Shown here: positions 47,260 to 57,363 of the stretch, piece after piece
Position numbering within the stretch: position 1 is the first letter of the stretch
Layout of the letters: every line of letters starts with the position of its first letter
Source of the DNA: Candidatus Cloacimonadales bacterium
Lineage (GTDB): Bacteria; Cloacimonadota; Cloacimonadia; Cloacimonadales; JAFGVF01
Assembly (NCBI GenBank): GCA_963663475.2
Contig: CAXXJV010000001.1
Span: forward strand, 2,831,422-2,895,421
DNA length: 64,000 nucleotides
Direction of reading: 5' to 3'
Notes under the pieces: generated by a model
Told to the model about the DNA's origin: nothing
What the model saw: the letters and a program-made list of their open reading frames with translations, nothing else
The model's database searches: none
Position numbers and translations under genes: made by a program

Positions 47260-49548
47260 CTAATTATTTAATTCATCAACAATCAGAGGATTAGGATCAT
47301 CATAGCGATAAAGGGGAGGGAAATTATATTTAAGTCCTGGTCTTTTTAGCTGGGGAAGTCTTAATCTGGAAGAGAAAACTTCCTTGATACCCTCTTTTTT
47401 ATTTAAGGTTCTAAAGCCAGTAACTGGATCTATATATTCTTCCACTATTGAGTTAGGACGCTTAAAATCATATCTGGCATCATTTGCTGGAGGCATATTG
47501 CCATCATTATCATTAACGATTAATCTTGATAAGATACGAGCTGCAATAGGGGCACAAGCATAGCCACCACCAACTCCATCACCAATACCATCTATTTTAT
47601 GGCCAAGACTATCAAACTGAACAGTTAGAGAATCTCCACTTAGAACAGAATAATTATCAAAACCAGTCCAAACTCCCAGTACATACTTACCATTCATACC
47701 AATAAACCACGCATCTCTATAATCATCAGTAGTACCAGTTTTACCAGCTGACACCCAAGGATAGACAGCTCTATTTTCAGGACTATGGAATGAGGATCCA
47801 GCTGTTCCACCAGGCTTTGTAACTGATTTCATAAGGTCAGCCATAATATAAGCTACATCAGGTTCACAGACATGGATAGTTTCGGTAGTAGATGATTGGA
47901 GTAGATTTCCGTATTTATCATAAACACGGTCAATAAAGATAGGTTTCACCCTTCTACCTTGATTTGGGAAGGCAGTATAGGCAGTTATCATATCAATAGG
48001 TTTAAGTTCTGGGGTTCCTAAAGCAGAAGAATAATAAGGAGGTACTTTTATTCCGAATTTATCAGCTTTTTTAGCAACAGTATTTTTACCAATATCATAC
48101 ATTGTTTTAACTGCATAAATATTAAAGGAGTTTTTTAAAGCCTTTCTGAGTGTAATATAACCACCTTGAGTTTTGGTATAGTTCAAAGGACGATATAAAT
48201 ATTTTCTTTCTAGTTTTTTTAAGGAATCAACATAAGTAGAATCAGCTAATAAAGAGTCTGGTGCATCTTCAAGGTGAGGTATTTTATCCCAACCAAACAT
48301 TCTGATTCTAAAATCATCATCCCTAATAACAGTGGAGGCAGTATAGCCATTCTCAATAGCTGCAGTATAAATTATTGGTTTAATTGCAGACCCAACCTGT
48401 CTTCTTGATTGCATGATTCTATTTAGTTTAGAATGTTTGAAGTTTCTTCCACCTAGCATAGTTTTAACATGGCCTGTATGGGCATCTAAGAGGAAGATAC
48501 CTCCTTGCAGATAAGGCGTTTTTATATCTGTTGTATCAGGGTCAAAATCTGAATACTTGATTTCGTAGCCAAGTTCATTTTCTATCTTGGTTAACTGTTC
48601 ATTAAGCAGGGTATCTGCATACTGTGTTAAATCCCAATCTAATGTTAAATGAATAGAAAGGCCATCTTCATATAAGGCTTTTTTACCATATTTTCTGGCA
48701 ATTTCATTACCTATATAATAAAGATAAAAAGAATCAAGTTCATCATAATCTCTGTCAATACATATAAGAGGAGAAGCCTTTTCTGCTAAATACTCTTTTT
48801 TGGAAATTTTGTTAGTCTTATACATTCTATAGAGAACTAAATTTCTTCTATCTCTAGTTCTTTCAACCCTCTTTCGTGGATTGAAGTAGTTAGGTCTCTG
48901 TAGCATGCCAACTAAGGTAGCAGACTCTGCTATGGATAAGTCTTTAATATCCTTTCCAAAATAATACATAGCTGCTCTACCAACCCCATAAACACCTTCA
49001 CCAATATAGACTTTATTGAAGTATATTTCCATTATCTCTTCCTTAGAGAATTCTTTTTCTATAAGGAGAGTAACCATAGCTTCCTTTATCTTTCTGATCC
49101 AGGAGCGTTCATGACTAAGAAATAGATTTCTAGCTAGCTGTTGAGACAGAGTAGAAGCACCTTGAGATGCTGAACCTCTCTTCAGGTTGGTTATAGCTGC
49201 TCTCATAGTACCAACAAGATCTATACCAAAATGATGATAGAAATTACTATCTTCTGTAGAAGTTATGGCATCTTTGAGATGTTGAGGTAAATCTCTATAC
49301 TCAACTAAAGCTCTTTGTTCAGTAGCAAAAGTATGAATTAAATCACCACGACAATCATAAACTTTAGAGGGCAATGATATATCATAATTTATCAGTTCAG
49401 ATGGAGATGGCAAGTTATTAGCATTTATTTTAAATAAATAAAATACCCCATAAGCAATTCCAACTGATACTATACAGAGAAGTGCAAAATAGGTAAAAAT
49501 AAGCCTAATAAACTTCTGATTCTCATTCTTTTTATGTTTTCTTTTCAT
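47260..49548 (-). CDS. Class A penicillin-binding protein (PBP1A)
   Basis: EDSNFYHHFGID, GASTLSQQLARN, RKIKE, SAIK, SFN, KTGT. Confidence 0.95.
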   Translation of the reverse strand: MKRKHKKNENQKFIRLIFTYFALLCIVSVGIAYGVFYLFKINANNLPSPSELINYDISLPSKVYDCRGDLIHTFATEQRALVEYRDLPQHLKDAITSTEDSNFYHHFGIDLVGTMRAAITNLKRGSASQGASTLSQQLARNLFLSHERSWIRKIKEAMVTLLIEKEFSKEEIMEIYFNKVYIGEGVYGVGRAAMYYFGKDIKDLSIAESATLVGMLQRPNYFNPRKRVERTRDRRNLVLYRMYKTNKISKKEYLAEKASPLICIDRDYDELDSFYLYYIGNEIARKYGKKALYEDGLSIHLTLDWDLTQYADTLLNEQLTKIENELGYEIKYSDFDPDTTDIKTPYLQGGIFLLDAHTGHVKTMLGGRNFKHSKLNRIMQSRRQVGSAIKPIIYTAAIENGYTASTVIRDDDFRIRMFGWDKIPHLEDAPDSLLADSTYVDSLKKLERKYLYRPLNYTKTQGGYITLRKALKNSFNIYAVKTMYDIGKNTVAKKADKFGIKVPPYYSSALGTPELKPIDMITAYTAFPNQGRRVKPIFIDRVYDKYGNLLQSSTTETIHVCEPDVAYIMADLMKSVTKPGGTAGSSFHSPENRAVYPWVSAGKTGTTDDYRDAWFIGMNGKYVLGVWTGFDNYSVLSGDSLTVQFDSLGHKIDGIGDGVGGGYACAPIAARILSRLIVNDNDGNMPPANDARYDFKRPNSIVEEYIDPVTGFRTLNKKEGIKEVFSSRLRLPQLKRPGLKYNFPPLYRYDDPNPLIVDELNN

Positions 49549-50089
49549 TAAAGCTCCATGTTAATCTTTGCTTTAAGACACTAGCTATTAACCCAGTAAT
49601 AGTACCAGTTCCTAATCCAAGTACAAGTAAAATAGGTATCAAATCAAATATTGAATTAGAATAAATTATCATTAATCTAACCACAATTATCTGGGTAATA
49701 TTATGAGCTATAGCTCCTAAAATACTAATTCCTACCCAGCTTAAGCCTAAGCTATACTTTCTGACCACTAACATAAGCACTAGTGATGTTAATCCACTAG
49801 CTAAGCCAATAATAGTAGTAGGCATTAATAAGCTACCAAGAAAAAAACCAGACAATATTACCTTAGCTATAATAACTAAGAATGCTGATAAATCTTTATG
49901 TTTCATTAACAAAAGAATTATAACAACATTAGCTAAGCCTATCTTTAAGAAAGGAAAAGGTTTAGGTATCAATGATTCGGCAATCGCTATTGTAGCAGCA
50001 CAAGCAGTATAAAAACTTAGTTCTATTAACTTATCTTTTAAAGGACTGTTTTCATATTGCTTACTAGTAGCCAATTGATCCTTTTTCAT
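49532..50089 (-). CDS. Gx-transporter / heptaprenyl diphosphate synthase component I-like membrane protein
   Basis: ESLIP.PFPFLKIGLAN, GAIAHN..Q. Confidence 0.85.
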   Translation of the reverse strand: MKKDQLATSKQYENSPLKDKLIELSFYTACAATIAIAESLIPKPFPFLKIGLANVVIILLLMKHKDLSAFLVIIAKVILSGFFLGSLLMPTTIIGLASGLTSLVLMLVVRKYSLGLSWVGISILGAIAHNITQIIVVRLMIIYSNSIFDLIPILLVLGLGTGTITGLIASVLKQRLTWSFNEKKT

Positions 50090-50153
50090 CTGTATCTTAT
50101 ACTTATAGCTATCTTGGTCAAATCTTTTTATCTTAACACATTATAGTTAGAAA

Positions 50154-51449
50154 TTATGGATAGATTCTATATATCATTCTTGGGAATGGTATTACTTCTC
50201 TAATATGTTTTGTTCCAGTCATCCACTGTACAAGTCTTTCCAAGCCTATACCAAATCCACTGTGAGGAACTGACCCATATTTTCGCATATCTAAGTACCA
50301 TTCATAAGTATCAATATCTAATTTTTCTTCTTCCATTCTAGCAAGTAAGATATCGTAATCATCTTCACGTTGTGAGCCACCTATGATTTCTCCAAAACCT
50401 TCAGGTGCTATAAGGTCAGAACCTAAAACTAAATCAGGGTTTTCAGGATCTTGTTTCATATAAAAAGCTTTAATTTTCTTAGGCCATTTTTCAATAAATA
50501 AAGCTACATCACTTCCTTCAGTTAAGAGGGCTTCTTCATTAGCACCGAAATCTTCACCATGATTGATATCACAGCCTTTGCTTTTAAGAAATTCAATTGC
50601 TTGATAATGGGTCATTACTTTAAAAGGTGCATCTGCTTTCTTGAGCTGTTCCACATCTCTTTCTAAAATTTCTAGTTCTTTTGAACACTTTTCTAAAACT
50701 GTTCTTATCACATGCCTAATTAACCCTTCCTGAATTGCCATGTTTTCTTGGTGGTCAACAAAAGCAGCTTCAGCATCCATCATCCAGAACTCAGTTAAAT
50801 GCTTACGGGTCTTTGATTTTTCTGCTCTGAAAACTGGACCGAAGTCATAAACTCTACCTAAAGTCATAATTGCAGGTTCAAGATAAAGTTGTCCTGATTG
50901 GGAAAGATAAGCAGAACCTTGATCAAAGTATTCCACTTCAAATAAGGTAGTAGAACCTTCACATGGGTTTGGAGTTAAGATTGGTGAATCAAAACGAGTA
51001 AAAGCATTTTCGTTAAGATATTGACTGATTGCATGATAAACAGTATGCCTAACCCTTAAATTAGCCCATTGCTTGGGAGCTCTGATCCATAAATGTCTGT
51101 TTGATAGTAAGAAGTCAGGTCCATGTTCTTTTTTACTAATAGGATACTCTGGAGATATGCAAATTGGTTTAATGTCTGTAACATCTAACTCATATACACC
51201 TGGTTTTTTGGGGTGTTCTTTAGGCGTTCCCCAGATTTCTACAGAGGACTCAATTGTTAAAGTTTTTGATAACTCAAACTTTTCTTCTCCGATTCCTGGT
51301 TTATAAACAACCGTTTGAATTGCTCCTGTTCCATCCCTAAAAATGATAAACATTAATTTACCACTTTTTCTAATATTTCTTACCCAGCCACGAAGATGAA
51401 TTTCTTGGCCTAAATAATCTTTTATATCTTTAACAAATATTGTGTTCAT
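50154..51449 (-). CDS. asnS: Asparagine--tRNA ligase
   Basis: FRDGTG, YLSQSGQLY, FRAEKSKTRKHLTEFWM, EIIGGSQRE, PHSGFGIGLER. Confidence 0.96.
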   Translation of the reverse strand: MNTIFVKDIKDYLGQEIHLRGWVRNIRKSGKLMFIIFRDGTGAIQTVVYKPGIGEEKFELSKTLTIESSVEIWGTPKEHPKKPGVYELDVTDIKPICISPEYPISKKEHGPDFLLSNRHLWIRAPKQWANLRVRHTVYHAISQYLNENAFTRFDSPILTPNPCEGSTTLFEVEYFDQGSAYLSQSGQLYLEPAIMTLGRVYDFGPVFRAEKSKTRKHLTEFWMMDAEAAFVDHQENMAIQEGLIRHVIRTVLEKCSKELEILERDVEQLKKADAPFKVMTHYQAIEFLKSKGCDINHGEDFGANEEALLTEGSDVALFIEKWPKKIKAFYMKQDPENPDLVLGSDLIAPEGFGEIIGGSQREDDYDILLARMEEEKLDIDTYEWYLDMRKYGSVPHSGFGIGLERLVQWMTGTKHIREVIPFPRMIYRIYP

Positions 51450-51545
51450 AAGTATTTAACTCCTCAAAATATATAATTTTATACAAGATAATTATATTTT
51501 TTCTTACTAAGGATTATGTCAATACTTTTTATTGATTAGCTTTAA

Positions 51546-51702
51546 CCCAGATAGTGTAGTAGAGCTTTAGTGAAGAGTGCAGATTATTCTAGCAAAATAG
51601 CTTACGGAATTTTGAGGCATATAATTTATATATTCTGAAGAATTATGGAAGTTACTTTTGCAGAAGAATATAGTGCTATTCACAAAGGTCTACTGCACTA
51701 TT
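51546..51702. mobile_element. Family A element lacking terminal TGGG, joined to transposase remnant
   Basis: TTTAA-CCCAGATAGTGTAGTAG...CTACTGCACTATT then transposase-like sequence. Confidence 0.85.
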
Positions 51703-51959
51703 ATATTTTCACTAATTACATCAGATAACTTATCATTTTTAAGATTACGGTATAATCTCTCACACTCTTTATCTAAACGAATCTTTTTGTGTAAAGATGA
51801 TGCTATTTGCCTAACTATTAATGTACTACTTGAAATAACTCCATTTGTTATGTCTCTCAGTGCTTTAAATTCTACTACTGTCAAGCCTTGAGGTAATTTT
51901 GTTACTCTTTTTGAAAATTTTCCTTGCAATTTTATCACATTATAACTCTTTGAAATCAT
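51690..51959 (-). pseudogene. N-terminal fragment of a DDE transposase (IS4-like superfamily)
   Basis: AAGGAG RBS; GLT..EFK..RDIT.G...SS......IA.SL...I.L.K..ERL..NL resembles transposase N-termini; no catalytic domain. Confidence 0.65.
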
Positions 51960-52257
51960 TGTTAAAGTGCTCCTTTTTAATTTTTTTGTTGTGAATCTAA
52001 TTATATTTAGGGGCACTTTTTAGCAATATTTATTTTATTATATAACAATTACTTACAATTCATTAAAAAGTGGCTTAATATTAGAACTGTGTGGATTGTT
52101 TGATTAAAATTCTAACTTAAAAGTTGTTTTAATATAGGTATCCCTTAAAACTGCTCTATCGTGACACTAATCTACTTTAAATAGTTATTATAATGCATCT
52201 TACATATAGATGTTTGCAGTTTTTGGGGGATATACCTGAATTTTAATCAATCTCCTA

Positions 52258-53358
52258 TCAATCTCCTAAGTTTATATCTAAGCCCCTAGCTGTAGCTACA
52301 ATATCACTATCTAAGTCTATAAGATTATACTCTTTTATTGCTTTTTTTATCTTAACACTAGTTAGGTTAGGATGAGTGTAACAAACCATTTCACCAAATT
52401 GCTTGTTTAAAACCATCTCAAAGGCTTTAGTACCAAATTGAGCAGCTAAAATTCTATCAAAAGCATTAGGGATACCACCTCTTTGAAGATGACCTAATAC
52501 TAATAAGCGAGTTTCTACTCCTAATTCTAAAGCATCTATTTCCCCTACTAATCTCTCACCAGCTCCTTTCAAATGAACTTCATGAGATTCTACACTAGTA
52601 AATCCTTCATTAGCCATTTCTCCGCCAATTGGCTTAGCACCTTCGGCAATAATTATTACTGCAAAACCAGGTCCATCTTTGATTCTTTCAACTAAGCTCT
52701 CCTTAATCTTTTCTAAATTATAGGGTATTTCTGGAATAAGACAGACTTCTGCCCCACCTGCTATAGCTGCATGTAGAGCAATCCATCCAGCATATCTACC
52801 CATTACTTCTAGAACAAAAATTCTATGGTGAGAAGCAGCTGTAGTAACTAATTTATCTATGGCATCAGTAGCTATTTCTACTGCTGTTTGAAAGCCAAAG
52901 GTAAAATCAGTGAAAGAAAGATCATTATCTATAGTTTTGGGTATTCCAATAATGGGGCAACCCTTTTCAAATAGTTTCTGAGAAATGCGCTGAGAGCCAT
53001 CTCCCCCGATATTGATTACACCATCAAAGCCTTCATACTGGATTCTTTTAATCAAATCATTGGAACGATCAACTGTAGTAATCTTACCTTTGATATCTTT
53101 AACTGGCCATGCAAAAGGACCGCCTTTATTTGTGGTTCCTATAATAGTACCACCTTTAACATGGATACCTGCAACAAGTTCTGGAGTAAGTTCAACAAGT
53201 TTCATTGGGTCTTGCATAATCCCATTAAATGCATCAATTGATCCAATTACTTCCCAATCATCACTCTCTAGTTTAGACCTTTTAACTATGGCCCTAATTA
53301 CAGCATTTAGGCCTGGACAATCGCCACCACCTGTGGCTACTAACAATCTCTTTTTCAT
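52258..53358 (-). CDS. pfkA: 6-phosphofructokinase (group III type)
   Basis: TGGGDCPGLN, GGTIIGT, GGDGS, PKTIDND, EVMGR, LGHLQRGG; ATG 53358. Confidence 0.95.
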   Translation of the reverse strand: MKKRLLVATGGGDCPGLNAVIRAIVKRSKLESDDWEVIGSIDAFNGIMQDPMKLVELTPELVAGIHVKGGTIIGTTNKGGPFAWPVKDIKGKITTVDRSNDLIKRIQYEGFDGVINIGGDGSQRISQKLFEKGCPIIGIPKTIDNDLSFTDFTFGFQTAVEIATDAIDKLVTTAASHHRIFVLEVMGRYAGWIALHAAIAGGAEVCLIPEIPYNLEKIKESLVERIKDGPGFAVIIIAEGAKPIGGEMANEGFTSVESHEVHLKGAGERLVGEIDALELGVETRLLVLGHLQRGGIPNAFDRILAAQFGTKAFEMVLNKQFGEMVCYTHPNLTSVKIKKAIKEYNLIDLDSDIVATARGLDINLGD

Positions 53359-53565
53359 ATTGACCTCCAAATAAATAATATTTATATTCCTCTATGTAAT
53401 AGTCAAGTTTTATTTCATAGACTCAAATCAAGAATAAAAATACAAATGATTGCTACTATCGTAAGTGAGAATATTTTGAAGTCAAATTCTTCTAAAGAGA
53501 CTGTTTAAATTAATTATTTAATATTGAATACTTTAAATTAAAAAATGACGAAATTATTGTTTTCT

Positions 53566-53606
53566 TTCGCCCGAAGTCCCTTACCTAGGTTGAGGAGGAC
53601 CAGTCT
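53566..53606. repeat. Family D short repeat, copy 2
   Basis: TTCGCCCGAAGTCCCTTACCTAGGTTGAGGAGG. Confidence 0.65.
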
Positions 53607-53625
53607 TATCAATACACTTATCATT

Positions 53626-53696
53626 CTTAATCCTTCCTTTACAGTCTTTCGATGAAAGTCCCAGTTTCATCGAAAGACTGTAAAGGAAGGATTAAG
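53626..53696. repeat. Family C long hairpin, copy 2
   Basis: 32-bp perfect stem, loop GTCCCAG. Confidence 0.92.
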
Positions 53697-53972
53697 GATG
53701 AATAGAGGAAAATTAGGGACAATATCTCTTGTCTAAGAGATAATAGAAGGTCTTCTTCTTTCTTTTTGACAGTGACATGCAAACTGCCAAAACTGTACCA
53801 ATTTAAACTGCTATTGACATGGCGTATTAACTTAAAGAAGGGCAATATTATTCACTTCTTTAAGGATAAGCTTATGGGAAGAATGGCATGATGGTTGAAC
53901 AGTCTCCATGGGAGTAAGCCAAAATAGATTCAAATTACTTGACATATTTACCCCACCTAAAAGTATGAGCTC

Positions 53973-54854
53973 ATGAAAATTATCCCTATTTATTATCATT
54001 TGGTAAGTAACAAAAGAAATCCTTTAGTTGAAAATCTATATTCCTACAAAGATATAGGTAATTTCCGAAAGGATCTTGATGTGTTGGTAAAAAAATATAC
54101 TATACTTGATTATGAAGATATTAAAGCTAATAAAAGCGGACTTGTTTTATCATTTGATGATGGTTTTTCTGAATGCTATAACATTATCTATCCTCTACTT
54201 AAGGAGTATTCAATTCCAGCATTCTTCTTTATAAACAACGATTTCCTTGATAATAAAAACATGTTCTACCGGGCTAAGATCTCTCTGCTAATCTCTAAAC
54301 TAGCTTATTTAAGTCCATTTATTCAAAGACAAATAGCCTATATACTTGAATGTAAGGTTACCAAGATTAAGGAAAACTTATTAGCAATTTTAGAAGAAGA
54401 TAAGCATAAGTTAGACAATCTAATGACCACTGCCGAGCTAGATATAGAGAGGTATTTAGAAAAAGAAACACCATATTTAAGCTCTGAGCAAGTTAAAGAA
54501 ATGATTAATGCAGGCTACTATTTCGGTGGACATACCCATAACCATCATAGGCTAAAGAACTTACCAAGTCATGAGCAAGAGAAACGAATAGTCGATAGCG
54601 CACTTGATATTCAAAAGAGATTCAATTTACCCTATTCTATCTGTTCTTTACCTCATAATGATCAAGGTATCAGTAATAAAGTCTTTGCTTCTGTAAGTAG
54701 TCAGATTGACTATCTTTTCGGAGGCTATGGTTTAAATCATCAGAGACAATATAATTATCTACAAAGAATATCAAATGAACATAGTCCTTTAAGAATTGAT
54801 AAATTCATAAATACATGGAAAATTTTACATTCTATCAAGAAAATAATACATTGA
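53973..54854 (+). CDS. Polysaccharide deacetylase (CE4)
   Basis: YYHLV, LSFDDG, PAFFF, GGHTHNH. Confidence 0.88.
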   Translation: MKIIPIYYHLVSNKRNPLVENLYSYKDIGNFRKDLDVLVKKYTILDYEDIKANKSGLVLSFDDGFSECYNIIYPLLKEYSIPAFFFINNDFLDNKNMFYRAKISLLISKLAYLSPFIQRQIAYILECKVTKIKENLLAILEEDKHKLDNLMTTAELDIERYLEKETPYLSSEQVKEMINAGYYFGGHTHNHHRLKNLPSHEQEKRIVDSALDIQKRFNLPYSICSLPHNDQGISNKVFASVSSQIDYLFGGYGLNHQRQYNYLQRISNEHSPLRIDKFINTWKILHSIKKIIH

Positions 54855-54926
54855 AGAAAAAAATATCTTGAACCTAAGTAAGACATTATTAAAGTGTCTT
54901 CAAACATAAATTTAGAGGAGTTATTA

Positions 54927-56714
54927 ATGCTCGATTTATTAGCAGGAAAAAGAAGAAGTCATTTTGCAACTGATTTAAATATAAGTAATTGTGGAGAAAA
55001 AGTAACCCTTATGGGTTGGGTTCACCGTCGTCGTGATTTAGGTGGCTTAATCTTTGTTGATTTAAGAGATCATTCAGGGATAATACAGATTGTTTTTAAT
55101 CCAGAAGTGGAAAAAGTAATTAGTAAAGCCCACAAACTTAGAAATGAATATGTAATTAGTGTTTCAGGAACAATCTCTCAGAGAGATAAAGCAAACCCTA
55201 ATTTAGAAACAGGTGAAATTGAAGTAATGGCAGAAGACTTAGATTTACTAAATGTGTCTGAACCTCTTCCAGTACAAGTGAACGAAAATCAAGTTGCTGA
55301 TGAAGATTTACGTCTAGAATATCGTTTCTTAGACCTTAGGAGAAAAGTTCTAAATAATAATATTATTCTCAGACATAAGATAATTTGGAAAATAAGAGAA
55401 TTTCTTAGTAATCGAGGATTTTTTGAAATTGAAACTCCTATTCTAATGAAGTCAACTCCTGAAGGAGCAAGAGATTATCTTGTACCAAGTCGTGTACATC
55501 CAGGTAACTTCTTTGCCCTCCCTCAATCACCTCAAATCTACAAACAACTCTTAATGATTTCTGGCTTTGATCGTTACTTTCAAATAGCTAGATGTTTTAG
55601 AGACGAAGACTTAAGAGCTGACAGACAGCCTGAATTTACCCAACTTGATATGGAAATGTCTTTTGTTACTCAAGATGAGATATTTGAGATTAATGAAGAA
55701 TTGTTCAAATATATATTTAAAGAAGCAATTGATGTTGATATTGAAATACCTTTCAAACGTATTCCTTATCAAGAATCTATGGATAAATATGGTTGTGACA
55801 AACCTGATTTAAGATTCGGTATGGAGATAAGAGATCTCTCTGATATTTTAGTAAATTCTCAATTCAAAGTATTCCAAAATGCTTTAGCTAACAAGGGTTC
55901 TGTCAGATGTATTGTAGCACCAGGCTGTGCTAGCTACTCAAGAAAAATGTTAGATAATCTGACTAATATTGCTAAACATCTAGGAGCTCAAGGTCTGCCA
56001 TTCTGTAAGGTAACAGATACTGGTTTAGAGGCTGGTATAACTAAATTCTTGCAAGAAACTGAAATTGCCCAAATCCTAGAATTAACTCAAGCTAAGTCAG
56101 GAGATTTAATCCTCTTTGGTGCTGATAAAAATAGCCTTGTTTATAAAGTCCTTGCTGGTCTTAGAAACCACTTTGGTAAAGAGTTAGAACTTTATGATCC
56201 TAAAGAATTTAATTTCTGTTGGATAACAGATTTCCCTCTTTTCGAGTATAATGAAGATGCTGAAAAATGGGAAACAATGCACCATATGTTTACTATGCCT
56301 AAAGAAGAGCATCTTGCTTACTTCGATGACCCAAATAAAATAGGCCTCATTCAAGGTCAGCTTTATGATTTAGTTTGTAATGGTATGGAGCTTTCTTCAG
56401 GTTCTATTCGTTGCCACTTAGCAGATATCCAAGAAAAGATATTTAATTTGGCTGGATTCAACGAAGAAGAGATTGAGAAGAGATTCGGCTTCTTTGTTAA
56501 GGCTCTTAAATATGGAACACCACCACATGGTGGAATTGCTCCTGGTATTGATAGACTTGTTATGATTATGACAGGTGCAGAATCAATTAGAGACGTAATT
56601 GCCTTCCCTAAAACACTTAAAGCAGTTGATTTAATGAGCCAAGCTCCTTCTAGAGTTGATGAAAAACAACTTCAAGAATTAGCTATAAAAATTGACTTAA
56701 AAGAAGATAAATAA
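54927..56714 (+). CDS. aspS: Aspartate--tRNA ligase
   Basis: [47 protein letters not shown] 54927 after GAGGAG. Confidence 0.97.
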   Translation: MLDLLAGKRRSHFATDLNISNCGEKVTLMGWVHRRRDLGGLIFVDLRDHSGIIQIVFNPEVEKVISKAHKLRNEYVISVSGTISQRDKANPNLETGEIEVMAEDLDLLNVSEPLPVQVNENQVADEDLRLEYRFLDLRRKVLNNNIILRHKIIWKIREFLSNRGFFEIETPILMKSTPEGARDYLVPSRVHPGNFFALPQSPQIYKQLLMISGFDRYFQIARCFRDEDLRADRQPEFTQLDMEMSFVTQDEIFEINEELFKYIFKEAIDVDIEIPFKRIPYQESMDKYGCDKPDLRFGMEIRDLSDILVNSQFKVFQNALANKGSVRCIVAPGCASYSRKMLDNLTNIAKHLGAQGLPFCKVTDTGLEAGITKFLQETEIAQILELTQAKSGDLILFGADKNSLVYKVLAGLRNHFGKELELYDPKEFNFCWITDFPLFEYNEDAEKWETMHHMFTMPKEEHLAYFDDPNKIGLIQGQLYDLVCNGMELSSGSIRCHLADIQEKIFNLAGFNEEEIEKRFGFFVKALKYGTPPHGGIAPGIDRLVMIMTGAESIRDVIAFPKTLKAVDLMSQAPSRVDEKQLQELAIKIDLKEDK

Positions 56715-56723
56715 ATATATTAC

Positions 56724-56758
56724 CCCCTCGGATTAGTCATCTGAGGGGACTTATTTTT
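56724..56758 (+). terminator. Terminator between aspS and purN
   Basis: CCCCTCGGAT-TAGTC-ATCTGAGGGG then ACTTATTTTT. Confidence 0.7.
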
Positions 56759-56769
56759 CAGGAGCGAAT

Positions 56770-57363
56770 TTGAAAAGATATAATATAGTCGTATTAACAT
56801 CTGGAAAAAGTAGGGGTTCTAACTTTCTTGCCATAGCTAACTTCTTTAAAAAAAGAAGAATACCAATAGATATCTCAGCAGTAATTGTAACAAGTAAGAC
56901 AGCTCCTGTTATTGAAAAATGCCAGTCTTTAAGCATCCCCCACAAGTTTATATCATGTAAAAATATTACTTCTTATCAAACAGAACTGAGTGCTTTTATT
57001 AAGCAAAATAATATTTGTTTAGTTGTTTTAGCAGGATTTATGAAATTATTGCAAGCAGACTTTATTAATGATATTAAGATTCCTATTCTCAACATTCATC
57101 CAGCCCTCTTGCCAAAATTTGGTGGTAAAGGTATGTATGGAATGAACGTTCATAAAAGTGTCTTTGCTAATAAAGAAAAGTTTTCAGGAATCACTATCCA
57201 TAAAGTTAATGGTCAGTATGATGAAGGGGATATTATTTTCCAAAAGAAAATCAGGGTTCACAGATCTAAAAGTCCTGAGATTATTGCCAACAAAGTTTTA
57301 AAACAAGAACATAAGTATTACGGAAGAGTAATTTACCATTTTATAAAAGAGTATTATGAATAG
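56770..57363 (+). CDS. purN: Phosphoribosylglycinamide formyltransferase
   Basis: RGSNF, LAGFM, NIHPALLP.FGG.G, H.V...YDEG, EH. Confidence 0.9.
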   Translation: MKRYNIVVLTSGKSRGSNFLAIANFFKKRRIPIDISAVIVTSKTAPVIEKCQSLSIPHKFISCKNITSYQTELSAFIKQNNICLVVLAGFMKLLQADFINDIKIPILNIHPALLPKFGGKGMYGMNVHKSVFANKEKFSGITIHKVNGQYDEGDIIFQKKIRVHRSKSPEIIANKVLKQEHKYYGRVIYHFIKEYYE

